A stretch of DNA of 61,280 nt, counting the filler, from Porpidia crustulata (taxonomy: Eukaryota): the NCBI GenBank assembly GCA_964255105.1. It is 4 parts of 4 records of this genome, joined end to end, with 100 filler letters (N's around TTAATTAATTAA, not from the genome) between each part and the next. Parts side by side here need not be neighbours in the genome. Positions count along the whole stretch, not along the records: positions 46,055 to 61,280 come from CAXUWE010000329.1; 3 more parts are not named here. One strand, 5' to 3'. The position numbers were made by a program, and so were the translations under genes. Each line of letters starts with the position of its first letter. Positions within the stretch are counted from its first letter, which is position 1. The notes under the pieces are model-generated. The model did not search any database. It saw only the letters and a program-made list of their open reading frames with translations, and was not told the DNA's origin. This document shows, one piece after another, positions 50,458-61,280 of this stretch.

Positions 50458-50503
50458 AACCAAACTGACTGCACCTTTCCAACCAAATTGACTGCACCTT
50501 TCC
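50458..50503 (+). repeat. 23-bp tandem duplication (1 mismatch) just upstream of the HET gene
   Basis: AACCAAACTGACTGCACCTTTCC followed by AACCAAATTGACTGCACCTTTCC. Confidence 0.9.
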
Positions 50504-50560
50504 TAGTCATGTTCTCCTGACCCGACGTGAGCCCCAGTAGTGGGTTCTGCAGCCTTTTTG

Positions 50561-53044
50561 ATGGAGCATTTGAGTGATGGGAATAATGCTTTTGTTTTCG
50601 AACACAAGGTTCGTTGCTGTTGCTACTCACAACTACCCGACGACGATTATGCGCGGAGTCGCGCATTGACATTGGAAGATTTTTGGAAGCTGCCAAATAC
50701 CCTTGGATGGTCAATTGATGAGAACGGAGAAGCGCAGTCCGAAGAGCAGCGTTGTTCACTGGACCAGGTGACACAGCGCTGGCTTTGGTTTGAAGTTCTT
50801 GCGCAGGTTTTTGGTGATCTTCCTCAATTTCGATGGAATGATTTTATCTATTACGACCCTGATGGTGACAGGTTCCTCAACACCAAAAAACTGCCCCAGT
50901 ATGTTGCAGCATGGTTGGATAAGGAGAAATCGAGTCCTGATAAGCAGAGGACGTGGAGTTTGATACGAATCCAGCAGGTATTAAATAGGGCAAAACACTT
51001 CGTATCGAAATATTGTGCGGTCGAACAGCGCACTGGATTCCCGCATTGGCCACTCGATCCCTTACTCTCGCTCTCATACATGGTTCTAGGGGAAACCTTG
51101 ATGCACGCCCAGACCAAAATTCTAAAGGCAGTAGACGGGCGGATACTTGGTTGGTATAGCCAAGACTCCCCAAACGATGGTTGGGGTTATAGCGGATGGG
51201 TACTTGAAAAGCTCAAGATGGATTTATGGTGTGCCAAAGCAGTCTTTATGCTTCAAGCCTTACTCAAAGGCAACAGTATTGGGCTATTATATCTGCGCAC
51301 AATCAGAGATTGCGAAGCGACAAGAGGGCCGGCCCACCAAAGTTGCACACTAGGCGAGTGTCGTACAAAAGCTATCAAGCCAGAGGCCTTTCATTACTGT
51401 ACTTTTGCAAGCCAATCGCCTTGCCTAGGATATAAGAACGTTGATACTGCAAAGCTTGCACAAGTTGTTAGGAAAGGAAACATTCCAGTGTTCCAGTGGG
51501 ACGGACAGCAGAATGAGCTGCGCCAGGTCGAGATGAATGCCTCTTTCGATAAACGTTACGTGATCTTCTCACATGTTTGGGTGGACGGGTTCGGAAGCTG
51601 TGACAAGGAAAATCGGCTTAATACATGCGTACTGGACATGTTCTCCGACCAGTTCGATAAGATTAACCAGGACAGGAACCCGACTCCGAAGACGAGCAAG
51701 TCCGAAATGTTTTGGATTGACACGCTGTCGATTCCAGCAGGAGACAGTTATCAAAAAGAGCGTACTCAAGCCATTAGGCAAATGCACAAGATCTACACTC
51801 ATGCCCAGTACACAATTGTCTTAGACAAGAGTTTGATGAACATGTATAAAGGATCTGGCTATTCTGGACCAGCTATGAAGATCCTCATGAGTCGGTGGAT
51901 GACCCGCATGTGGACTTTGCAGGAGGCTGTCTTGAGCAGGCAGATCTATTTCAAGTTCAAGGACCAGATATACTCCATAGACCAGCTTGAAAACCTGTAT
52001 ATACGAGAAGCTGCTGCATTGCACACCTGCGTGCCGAAACTATCTCAATTGTACTATCACGGCATCCTCGGAGAGAAGCGGGACCGCGTCCATAAAAAGA
52101 CGTTGAGCGATGAGCGGTGGAAACCAAAAGCTTTGTTCATTGCGATGGTATGGAAGGCAGCGCAATGGAGGTCAACTGAACACCGTCATCACGAGACTCT
52201 GTCGTTGGCAACACTGCTAAATGTAGAGGCAAGCGAATTCGCGAAGCCCGTCGAAGCCGCAGAAGGAACCCCCGAATATGAGAACGATTGCGATCAAAGG
52301 ATGCACAAACTCTTGTTCCTCCTTTCGGACATCGTACCATGTCCCCTGCCGCCAGGAATGATTTTCCTCCCTGGACCACGACTCACCCAACGAGGGTATG
52401 GATGGGCGCCAAAAACTTGGCTATCGTCCTGCGAAATTGATGCCCCCGATCCACTCTCGGCTACTGGAAAAAATGAAGGCACAAGATTCGACAAGTATCG
52501 AGGTCTCGAAGTTGACTTCCCTGGCTTTCTCTTGCACCACCTCACAGTGGATAGAAACAGCCTACGCGGCAGTAGGACGTTTCAATTCCCCACTGATTCA
52601 AACCTCCTGGAATGGTATTCGGTGGCAATCGCCGATGCCGATGACCATTTTCCGAGCGAGTCTGATCTCCGGGAACGACCCATGGCTATTCTTGCGTCTC
52701 GCATACAAAATTCACAGCCGAAATATATCGCCTTGCTGGTCGTGATCCAAGAGACCCATAGCGAGAGATACTACGTCGGAATCCTCAATCGAGTCTGGCT
52801 ATCCCGGGAGAAGAGCCAGGCAAATCTCACGAATTGGAGCCGCATGTTTCGAGAGGGCTCGACCGAGTCCATTTGTGCAGGGGAGAGGCTACCTGCAACC
52901 CAAAAATGGTGTGTCGATGGATTCAACCGTCAGGATCATGATACGTTGAGAAAGCTGTCGATGCTGCCCCCACCGGCAGCGCCTTCCCAAAAATCAGAGC
53001 AGTACAGCCACAAGATCCTTAGGGCCTTAACCTGGAAGAACTAA
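50561..53044 (+). CDS. HET-domain (heterokaryon-incompatibility, TIR-like) protein, intronless
   Basis: YVIFSHVWVDG, FWIDTLSIP, AIRQMHKIYTHA..TIVLD and SRWMTRMWTLQE. Cys/His cluster (HQSC..GEC..HYC..C) upstream and GYGWAP downstream. Confidence 0.9.
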   Translation: MEHLSDGNNAFVFEHKVRCCCYSQLPDDDYARSRALTLEDFWKLPNTLGWSIDENGEAQSEEQRCSLDQVTQRWLWFEVLAQVFGDLPQFRWNDFIYYDPDGDRFLNTKKLPQYVAAWLDKEKSSPDKQRTWSLIRIQQVLNRAKHFVSKYCAVEQRTGFPHWPLDPLLSLSYMVLGETLMHAQTKILKAVDGRILGWYSQDSPNDGWGYSGWVLEKLKMDLWCAKAVFMLQALLKGNSIGLLYLRTIRDCEATRGPAHQSCTLGECRTKAIKPEAFHYCTFASQSPCLGYKNVDTAKLAQVVRKGNIPVFQWDGQQNELRQVEMNASFDKRYVIFSHVWVDGFGSCDKENRLNTCVLDMFSDQFDKINQDRNPTPKTSKSEMFWIDTLSIPAGDSYQKERTQAIRQMHKIYTHAQYTIVLDKSLMNMYKGSGYSGPAMKILMSRWMTRMWTLQEAVLSRQIYFKFKDQIYSIDQLENLYIREAAALHTCVPKLSQLYYHGILGEKRDRVHKKTLSDERWKPKALFIAMVWKAAQWRSTEHRHHETLSLATLLNVEASEFAKPVEAAEGTPEYENDCDQRMHKLLFLLSDIVPCPLPPGMIFLPGPRLTQRGYGWAPKTWLSSCEIDAPDPLSATGKNEGTRFDKYRGLEVDFPGFLLHHLTVDRNSLRGSRTFQFPTDSNLLEWYSVAIADADDHFPSESDLRERPMAILASRIQNSQPKYIALLVVIQETHSERYYVGILNRVWLSREKSQANLTNWSRMFREGSTESICAGERLPATQKWCVDGFNRQDHDTLRKLSMLPPPAAPSQKSEQYSHKILRALTWKN

Positions 53045-53494
53045 TATTCAGTCAGCTGAGTAAATAAAAGGCAGTGTATTAGACCGCGAGTCTAGATGAT
53101 CATTAGTAATAACAATAACAGATCATTATGCTCACAGCGATCTTAGATGTCATGATTGGGGTTGTTATTATGAACGATATATGTATATATAGAGGTTGAG
53201 GTAAGTAATAGCTTAGGACAATTACCTTGAGGAGTGAAAATAGATTAAAATCACCACATCACTATGTCAGCGTCAATAGAAGTCGAACCTGCTAAAATTA
53301 GATACTCAATGGCAAATACGATCCTCTATCACACATCTGCGCTCCGCAGACGAAGTGTCATCGATTCCTACTCATACGCAAATGAGCCGTAGCTGAGATT
53401 CGAATCCCGAATCTCTTCTCATAGACGCCTTGAACTGAAAACAGACATAGACGCTACCGTAACAGCGTATCTCGCTTACGACCCCTACTCTTCA

Positions 53495-53572
53495 TCACCC
53501 CTCAACGGACCACCGGCATAGGGTTAGGGTTATATTTACTAGATTTGGTGAGAGCGGTCCGTTGAGGGGTGA
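53495..53572. repeat. Perfect 17-bp inverted repeat enclosing a telomere-like TAGGGTTAGGGTTA
   Basis: TCACCCCTCAACGGACC (53495-53511) is the reverse complement of GGTCCGTTGAGGGGTGA (53556-53572). Confidence 0.9.
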
Positions 53573-53882
53573 GAACAATAACTCCGTAAAACCCGCCGGT
53601 AACTAGACCACCCCGCTTGGTCGATACAGCCTCTGCTACTTACGGGTATAGGGTTGAAGACAGGGCATTCTATGAAATCCTTGTATACATCAAAGACCAA
53701 ACCCTTTCCTACATGTAGAGAAGATCTTTGCCGGCCTACGAAGAAACCCAGGACGGATGAACAACACTGCTTTGCTGCCTTTTCCCCAGACCATGCAAGT
53801 GTCCGATTAGGGTAAACTACAGTCCCGTCACTCCCACCTCTGTATCAACCCTCCAATCACCTCGAGCAAAAAAAACATCATC

Positions 53883-55010
53883 ATGCCCAGGGATCTTTTC
53901 GCGTCGCCAGCTGCAGAAGATACCGCGCAATTGACCACGAGCCCATCACCCCAGACCCCGCAATTTGGAGGCGGCTCAACGGACACCGACGAAGGCGGTC
54001 AGAATGAGTTTATTATCCTGGGGAGTGGATCATCGCGGTCGAATGTTCAGCTTCGGGACCGAAGAGGAAGAAATAATGAGAATAGCGACATACATCCGTA
54101 TGTGCAGACCTTGTCGCGGTCGAATGTAGATGGTTGCGTAGCACTGGAAGACTCTGTTTTCCCGGAAAATGAAAGATGCTCGAAAGAAAAGGTGAGGTCA
54201 AGATCTCTTCTCTGTCTAAGACCAGCCGTATATTACGTGTTATAACCTCGAAGTACTGTACATTTTTTCATAGAAAAATCGGTATTCGAAATTGAACCAT
54301 GTCATGCATAATCAATGATTCTATAATTTTTAATATACAATTTGTTGTTCGTGTCTGTTATTTCATCCTTGGCTTTGATACTTCGCCAGCTCACATATTC
54401 CATAGTTCACCTATCGCCTCTTCACCTGCCCCGAACTTTCTCTCGGCCTCTTCTCTACCGCCGATACCTCCGCCCCTGCCTCGTCCGCGCCTACCTATCC
54501 TTCAGCCCATGCACCCGACTCGTTTGCTCCAAGTAGAAAGGGGGTCCTTATCGCCCAAGTAATAGCGACAAAATGTACGTCCCACTTTGTCACGGATGAG
54601 TCAATGGACCTGCCAAAGACCCCGCAGTCTGGCCCCGCGTTTGCCAACACGCCTGGTCATCACGAGAATGGCCGCACTATCGCCGTACATTCCCTTGCCG
54701 TGCTGCCCGCGTACCAAGGGAGGGGATTGGGAAAGACTGTGATGAAAAGCTACGTCCAGAGGATGGAGACTTCGGGAATCGCGGATCGGATATCTTTGCT
54801 CGCGCATGAAGGGCTGATCAAGTTCTACCAGAGTTTGGGTTTTGATGACAAGGGGCCGAGTGATGTGACGTTTGGGGGCGGTGGATGGACTAATATGGTA
54901 TATAACATGCTTTCCTCTGGTTTTTCCTCCCTGACCCGAATTGATATTTCTCACTAAAGGCGTTGTAGGTCTATGACTTCAAAGACCATCTAATAGGAAC
55001 ATCCATCTGA
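53883..55010 (+). CDS. GNAT acetyltransferase, Paa1/AANAT-like (polyamine/arylalkylamine)
   Basis: HPYVQTLS...CVALE..FPENERCSKEK|FTYRL..CPELSLGLF, IAVHSLAVLPAYQGRGLG, and FYQSLGF..GGGWTNM. Two introns. Confidence 0.88.
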
Positions 55011-58000
55011 ATTCGCCATTGCTCTGTGAAAACCACGTCGCCTGGGCCGTATGTACTACTAAGTTCCATCGTAGAATTAATTGGGCATCGATGGATCCAT
55101 TTGCACATCTCCAAATCATTCTGTCGAACCGTCCCGCTACTTCCCTACGAGTTCGGATTACATCCACGATCTATGGTACAACCCTCACCCATCAAGTCCC
55201 TTCCACAACAACATCAATTTCGTTTATGATCACAGCGATTTTACTCTTTTCTATCATCAGATCACTAGTGTTTCCTCTTCGCTCCAATCTAGCCCTTCTC
55301 ACCACGTCTCCTAAGTATTCCTCTTGTTACGTGCAACCCACCTCGCACCATTATCCCAAGTAATCCTTCGTCGCCCCATCCATCTCTTCAATCCTTGAAT
55401 GCCATCCAAAGCACCAATCACCACGCATCAATATCAAGACATCACCGTCCGCCTCTGCGCCAGACAACCAGGAAGGAATAAACATCTCACAATCACCCCC
55501 ATAAAACCGCAAACGAAGCTGACTTTATACAACAATAAAGCACACCCGCGCCAGCCGCGAATGTTGTTACTGATTAATGTAGACAATGAATACGAAGAGT
55601 CCATTAATTTGTCGCGGTACAATCAAGTAGCATACAAAATAATCATTTGAGGATCTTAAATTTGGTTGGAAAAGTACCGTGGATCAGACAGATCATCCAG
55701 GACTTTCTGTACTCCGACTCTTCTTTGAACTCTCTTGAATCCCAAACAAAGTTCTGGATAATATTAGCTTAATCGGGTCAGTAGAAACCGTCTTTGATAG
55801 GATCTTTCAGTCTCTCAATATCTCTACGTAAAATACTATCTATTTTCCTAGTAAATTCACCAAAATCGAGTTCAGAATTTTGAATCCTGCGATACATAAA
55901 CTCCGCAGTAAATGCGTTTGCTAATGATTTTCTTACGTGCCCACCTATTATAATCCATCAAAGCTTAAGAAACTCCATTATGGTCTAATGATCTACAGCA
56001 ATGACGAGTCCTTTCCATGGTTCGACATTCTTTCCGAATGCTCAGCCTGATCTCAAGCGTTTCGATAGCATTATCATCGAGCTATTCAACAACAAGAAAT
56101 ATTCAACCTTCACCTTTCAACTGCAGGTAATTGCAAAAGCTCTTTTCCGTAAGTCATCTTGGATGTTATGAATGGAGGTATGGGGTCTAGCATTTTTCAA
56201 ACCCTCCTAGACTAATCTCCGACAAGTGAGCAATGGGTTCAGTGACCTTGCGCTTACGCTTTTCCCCGTAGCCTTCATCGAAGACGAAAACTTTCAGCGT
56301 CATAGAAGATTGTGATGGAGCTGCTGATGTCACGTGGAATATTGTAAGTGGATATCTATTAGGATTCAAAGAACTCGTAGCTGATTACTTCTAGTTAAGA
56401 TCACACCAGCTTGTAAGTGAGATGCTACCATGTATCAACTACTAGACCCTTCAAATCCTCCACTCTCCATCAAATCGCTCACACAACCATCAGGCTTTTG
56501 CGGAACAATCGCTAGTTCTTTGCCACAAACCTACACCACTGAACCATAATTTCACAAGGCCAAGCAATCCCAACCATGTCTAGACCAGCAAATACTAGTA
56601 CCTCTTTGTCACAAGCTACCCTTGTGACAATACAACATCTCATCGGGGAGCGGACCGACATCACGAGCATCTCACAGTCTATGATTATGATGATGGAGTC
56701 GAGGTTAGAGCCAAAAGCAAGCAAAACTGCACTCGGATGCTGCATTGCTATGTATCACTTATTGGCGGGACACTGGCTGGCCGAAGAATTCTTTATGGCA
56801 CGGGGCCAGTATTGGACAAAATGCGAACGCACCTCTCTTTTGCTAACCCCCTATATATATTAATTTCCAACAGCCAGCTCATGGCGGGAATATTTCCAAG
56901 ATGGTCATTGATATTGGACCCTGGGATTATCATCAGTTTGGTCTTGTTCTTCTCATTCCAACTGTCTACGCTCTGGGATCGGAATTTCCCAAGGGAATCC
57001 ATGAAATTCAAATGACTCGAAAAGTAAGTACAATGCCAAAACCTTCACTCTAACCAAAAGGTATATCTATTAATGACCCTAAGCAGATTAGAGCTGCGGA
57101 ACGGCTGAAAAAGCTAAGAGTCCTATTTACAACAACTACGATGAAACTAACCTTCTTATACAATCTACCAGCCTTTTAAAAGGCTATTCAAGAGCATCCA
57201 GCGACTTTGTGGAAGTCTTCCCGTACGGTCTTTGCCCAAGAAGAAGGGAGGCAACAACTTGAGATGTTCAACCTGGCGCCAAATGATATATCTATATCTT
57301 CAATCAACGATATCGAGCATATCACATCCAGTTCCATACCTACATCAACATTCCTTTTCCATCCTCGTGACTGCCAGTCCTTGTATCCTCAATCCATCAA
57401 CCTCATCCTCATCCTCGCAATCTTCCAAGCCTTCATTTCTGCCCAGACCGCTTGCCTACCCGTGCGCCTCACTCGGAGCGCTCGAATTGCGGAGACCCAT
57501 AGACATCACCCACCAACAACATCAACATCAACCTTATAGCTCCCTCTCTCTTTTTCAAAAGGGAACCCATACATCATAATCCCATACATAAGTTAAAGCC
57601 ACCATCAACCTCTAGTTCAATTTTCTAATTCAGATAGTCCTTTGTTAAGATATATATACTTCCTGCATCGAACGCTTCATTTTGCGGTACGAAACGCAGA
57701 GTAGATGATAAGTGTAAAGTTCTAGTGTCTCTTTCTTGACAGAAAGAATTCTTTAATTCCTTAATCGGGTTGTCAGACACACAGATCTTTCATATACATT
57801 TTCTTTTCAAAAATCCTGTTCTCAACCAATATCATTACTTATTCCTCCTTTCTTTCTCTTGCAGCACACAAACCCCCGTAGCTACCTACACCATAGTGCC
57901 CGTTTGCCATCTGATCTTTCTGTATGCAATACGCTATAAAGACCCTCGATTTAGGCGGCTGGCACGGACGTACGTACCCCTTTTGATCGTAGTTGAAAGG

Positions 58001-58899
58001 GCGATACTCATTTCTTTCTCTAGACCTTAAGTCCGTCCTGATAACACGCTCAACCCACTAATCAGATAACAGAACGTTTCTAGATCAGAAGATGGCCATA
58101 TCCTTCTTATCTAGGATCCATGTCCCAAAGCCATCAAAAAGCCTCCATTGCCGATGATCATTGTCTTTTGTCTCGGAGCATTTTCCTTTTTTCGGAGAGA
58201 ACTATTTCACTTTCTTTTTCTTTTCAACATCTGATATCTGTAGGTTCGGAAGTGGAGTTTGGAAGTAGTTCCGGCAGTACTGTGTATGTTTAGTAGTAGA
58301 TCTAGGAGCAGTAAGGGGGGGAACAACGGGTGGAGCCTTGGGCTTGATTGTGTTGCCTGGCGGAAGTTATCATGGGGGAAGGATGAAATACCGATGCGGT
58401 TGATTGATATGTTTAAGTGATCTAAAGTGATTAACCTCGTCACTTGAGATGAACTAAATCCAAGTATGAGACGGACAACTGATATAGTGATTATTATTAA
58501 TAGATGTCTGATTAAATGCCAAAGTTCAAGGATGAAACATAGTCGATCTGGCGGGTTTTAAGGAGGCGAGCGATCAAGTCCAGATATGATTTAATTGACA
58601 ACACACCACTTCGCACAGCCAAGTGAGCTGATGCAGCTAGCCACGTACCTCTTTCTCCTAGCCAGAAGAATCATTACTTTAATTTGTCCAGTAGGATTTC
58701 GGATGAGAAATGTCCGGCCTGGTCATGGGTTTCTCGTAGAATTGGATTGCCTTCGGACTTTATGATGCATGGTATGCAATATTCCTCTGTTTGATGGCAA
58801 GTAGCTTAGTGTGTATAATTTAATGTTCTTTGCTATCCTCGGTAAGGTTCCCTTGGACTTGAATTTCGTTGGCCTGGTCATGAGCTTAGGGGTTATTCG

Positions 58900-60700
58900 A
58901 TATTGTTTATATTAGTGGTTTCGATTCGGTGAAGATTCTTCATCACTGAACATGAGCTTCTGCAGATGCGGAAATGCCGTCCTCGGACGTACTTGAATCA
59001 TCCACGACCTATCATGTCAAAATCAATACATAAAACTTGAGATGAGGATGAGAATGATAAATGCTTATCTTCTTCATCAGAAGCGACATCTCTGACTGTC
59101 TTCAAATCAAGTCATGATCAGTCAATCTCCGTAATTGATGTCGCAGAGTCATCTTTATGTTCCTTGTGTTCTATGTCGAGACTCATCAATATGATATCGC
59201 TGTTAATAGAGTGGATTGAAATGTTGCAGTTGAATTTAGCTAAGGAATTTGAGTACTCATGCAGTTCTAGTAAGTCGTTGTTAAACAGCATTCTGATCGA
59301 AGTGAAAGTAGTGTACATTGCGTCCCATCCTGCATTGTGAGCATACTTTGCGACAATCTTGAGGGGCCCACGCTTAGGTTTCATCAAGTGCTGTTCGATA
59401 TTGTAATAACGAAAGACTAAACTGCTAAGACTTTCACCATAGCTAGTATTAAAGCTCTGGTTTAAGTCGCAGACTGTAGATTTTGAATTCTGTAAGTTTC
59501 AGCGAGGTAGGATCTAGATGCTTGATTCGTGATCGAGGAAGACCATTATTGTTTTCGCTGTGTAAGCTCAATAGAAGACCAAGATAATAATCCGATTCCA
59601 AGGATTCCGAGAGTCGCAGATAGCGGGTTAGAAAGACCACAATCATCTTGTTGTCCATAGTACGTAGCCGGGTGTGGATATCCATCTTCTTCATTTCGTT
59701 CCTCACCCACCCATATCTCAATGTTGCATTATAATTTCGCTCTCGTCGAAACAAATCTTATCCTAGATCTAGATCTCCTGATCTCGTAATTTGTTCATCT
59801 TGGACTTTAGCTATGGCTTCGTGTTGGACTTCGTGTTAGACTTGGTAATTCTTAGCGCTTTTTGATCAACCGATCTGTTGAAAAAGGCTGAGGTGGTTGA
59901 AGTTATGTTGTATGGTTCTGCGGGTTTACGATGCGGAATTTTTTGATTTGGCAGTCGGGTGCGTAATATCATGGTTCCTTCGTAGACAAAGTTATCGAAT
60001 TTTTGGATTTCGCTAAAGAAATAGGGGTTCAGCGAATAAATCTTCCGTCATCATGTTGTAACCAACATCGATGAACGACGATTTCTCCACGTTATGGTCT
60101 ATTAATGCGGCGCTTCTACCTCGCAGCGCGCACAACGCTGATGCAATGCAGATATTTGGAGAGAGGTTTGACCGATTCTCAGTGTTCCTTCTCACGGAGA
60201 CAGATAACGATGGAATTAGTGTATTACAGAATCGATACAAGGTCTTGAAATGATGCGTCTACTTAATTAACCTTGATGTTTGTGGAGTTTCGGCAGATTC
60301 TGCAGGGTATGGAGGGTTTTATAAACGAGCCGTTGTGCTTTTAGCAGATTTTCGCGCGTTCTCTTGTGATATATGAAGACGTAGCAATCATTATTCTTTG
60401 ATTCGAATCGTCGGTTCATCTGCTGAACATAGTTCAACTTCGAATTTAACGAACCATAATAGAGACGACGTAAGATTATGCAATTGAAACGATTCTGTGC
60501 GATCTCGACGTTTGTTTCGATTCTTTTCTTGAATCTGTTCATAACCTTTGTGATAAAACGAACTCTAAATACTTGTCATTTTGAAATCAATTACATTAAT
60601 TCGATAGAACGATATGTTTGCTTCGATACGCATCTTGATGTCACTCTTTTCCACAAAGTCGATGTTAGGGGTCTCCGGATATGCTTGTAGAAACGATTGG
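58900..60700 (-). pseudogene. Probable decayed gene of unknown type
   Basis: A chain of short, codirectional, protein-like minus-strand ORFs (60267..60542, 59118..59387 and others) broken by stops in AT-rich DNA. No recognisable domain. Confidence 0.3.
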
Positions 60701-61280
60701 TGTGTGATAAAAGGGACGAGATCCAACTATCAATATATGGAGCTATTTTGAACGGAATATTAGGCGAAAAAATATGGAACCAACGTAACTTCTGATGGAG
60801 AGCTGATTGATCGTAAGTTTGATGCTACCAATTGTTATGATGGGTCTCCGGTCATGCTTGTGGCACGGTTTTTGGGGTGTAAATGAGATGCCTTCCTAAT
60901 TAAGTACTATGGGGCTGTTTATGCTCAGACCCAGGCAGATGCTCAGGAATAGGCCAATACATATGGTGTAACAAATTATGCTCAGTAGTATACCCAGGAA
61001 CAGGTCTGGGCATGTGGCGTAACACGATAAAATCGCTCGAAGGATTGAGGTCCTTCGACAGTGCCGGTAAGAATAAATGTCGCGTTAACCATCTCAATCC
61101 TAAATTAATAATTATCGTTGTATACTTAAATCAATTTTAATAGATTCTTCTCAGTACTGAATGGAAAAAAGCAATTTACGTAATTGTACTTGCTTCTTTG
61201 AAGTGCTCGATAAATTATCTCTTCTTTGTGTTAGGGGCCTCCTAACTACCTAGCTATGGGGGTAAATCAACGAAGAAATA

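Noticed and set aside
30716..53044. Linking the LOX cluster to the hydrolase-TPR-ANK/HET pair as one lipid-signalling immune locus
   Set aside because: They are on different contigs joined artificially at 45955-46054.
1..61280. tRNA, rRNA, CRISPR arrays, intact transposons
   Set aside because: None recognised by eye: no cloverleaf, repeat-spacer array, transposase/RT ORF or LTR/TIR pair. Small ncRNAs cannot be excluded without covariance searches.

Overview
Eukaryotic, intron-containing DNA of a filamentous ascomycete (GT..CTRAC..YAG introns throughout). The window is not one locus. Three identical 100-nt artificial spacers (44 N + TTAATTAATTAA + 44 N) join four contigs of steadily decreasing length (15,269, 15,246, 15,239 and 15,226 nt), so synteny holds only within a contig. 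Contig 1 carries an OsmC-like gene, a PD-(D/E)xK nuclease-like gene with an internal TAG, a pepsin-like protease, a salicylate-hydroxylase-like flavin monooxygenase, an amidase and a Pth11-like membrane protein. Contig 2 carries an X-family DNA polymerase, a hypothetical protein, Iwr1 and a small Myb/HTH-like regulator. Contig 3 is the highlight: a compact seven-gene cluster with no PKS or NRPS, comprising a P450, a PAQR/CREST protein, a hotdog thioesterase, an atypical heme-thiolate peroxygenase-fold protein, a secreted Mn-type lipoxygenase, a DHA1 MFS exporter and a bacterial-like hypothetical. The peroxygenase-fold protein sits head-to-head with the LOX, keeps its heme Cys, and appears to have lost the distal acid-base residues. 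It is a candidate new fatty-acid-hydroperoxide isomerase/lyase in an oxylipin pathway. Contig 4 carries a SesB-hydrolase-TPR-ankyrin protein with no NOD domain, head-to-head with a HET-domain gene, followed by a telomere-repeat-containing hairpin, a GNAT and decayed coding remnants. All family calls come from motif recognition by eye; no searches were run.
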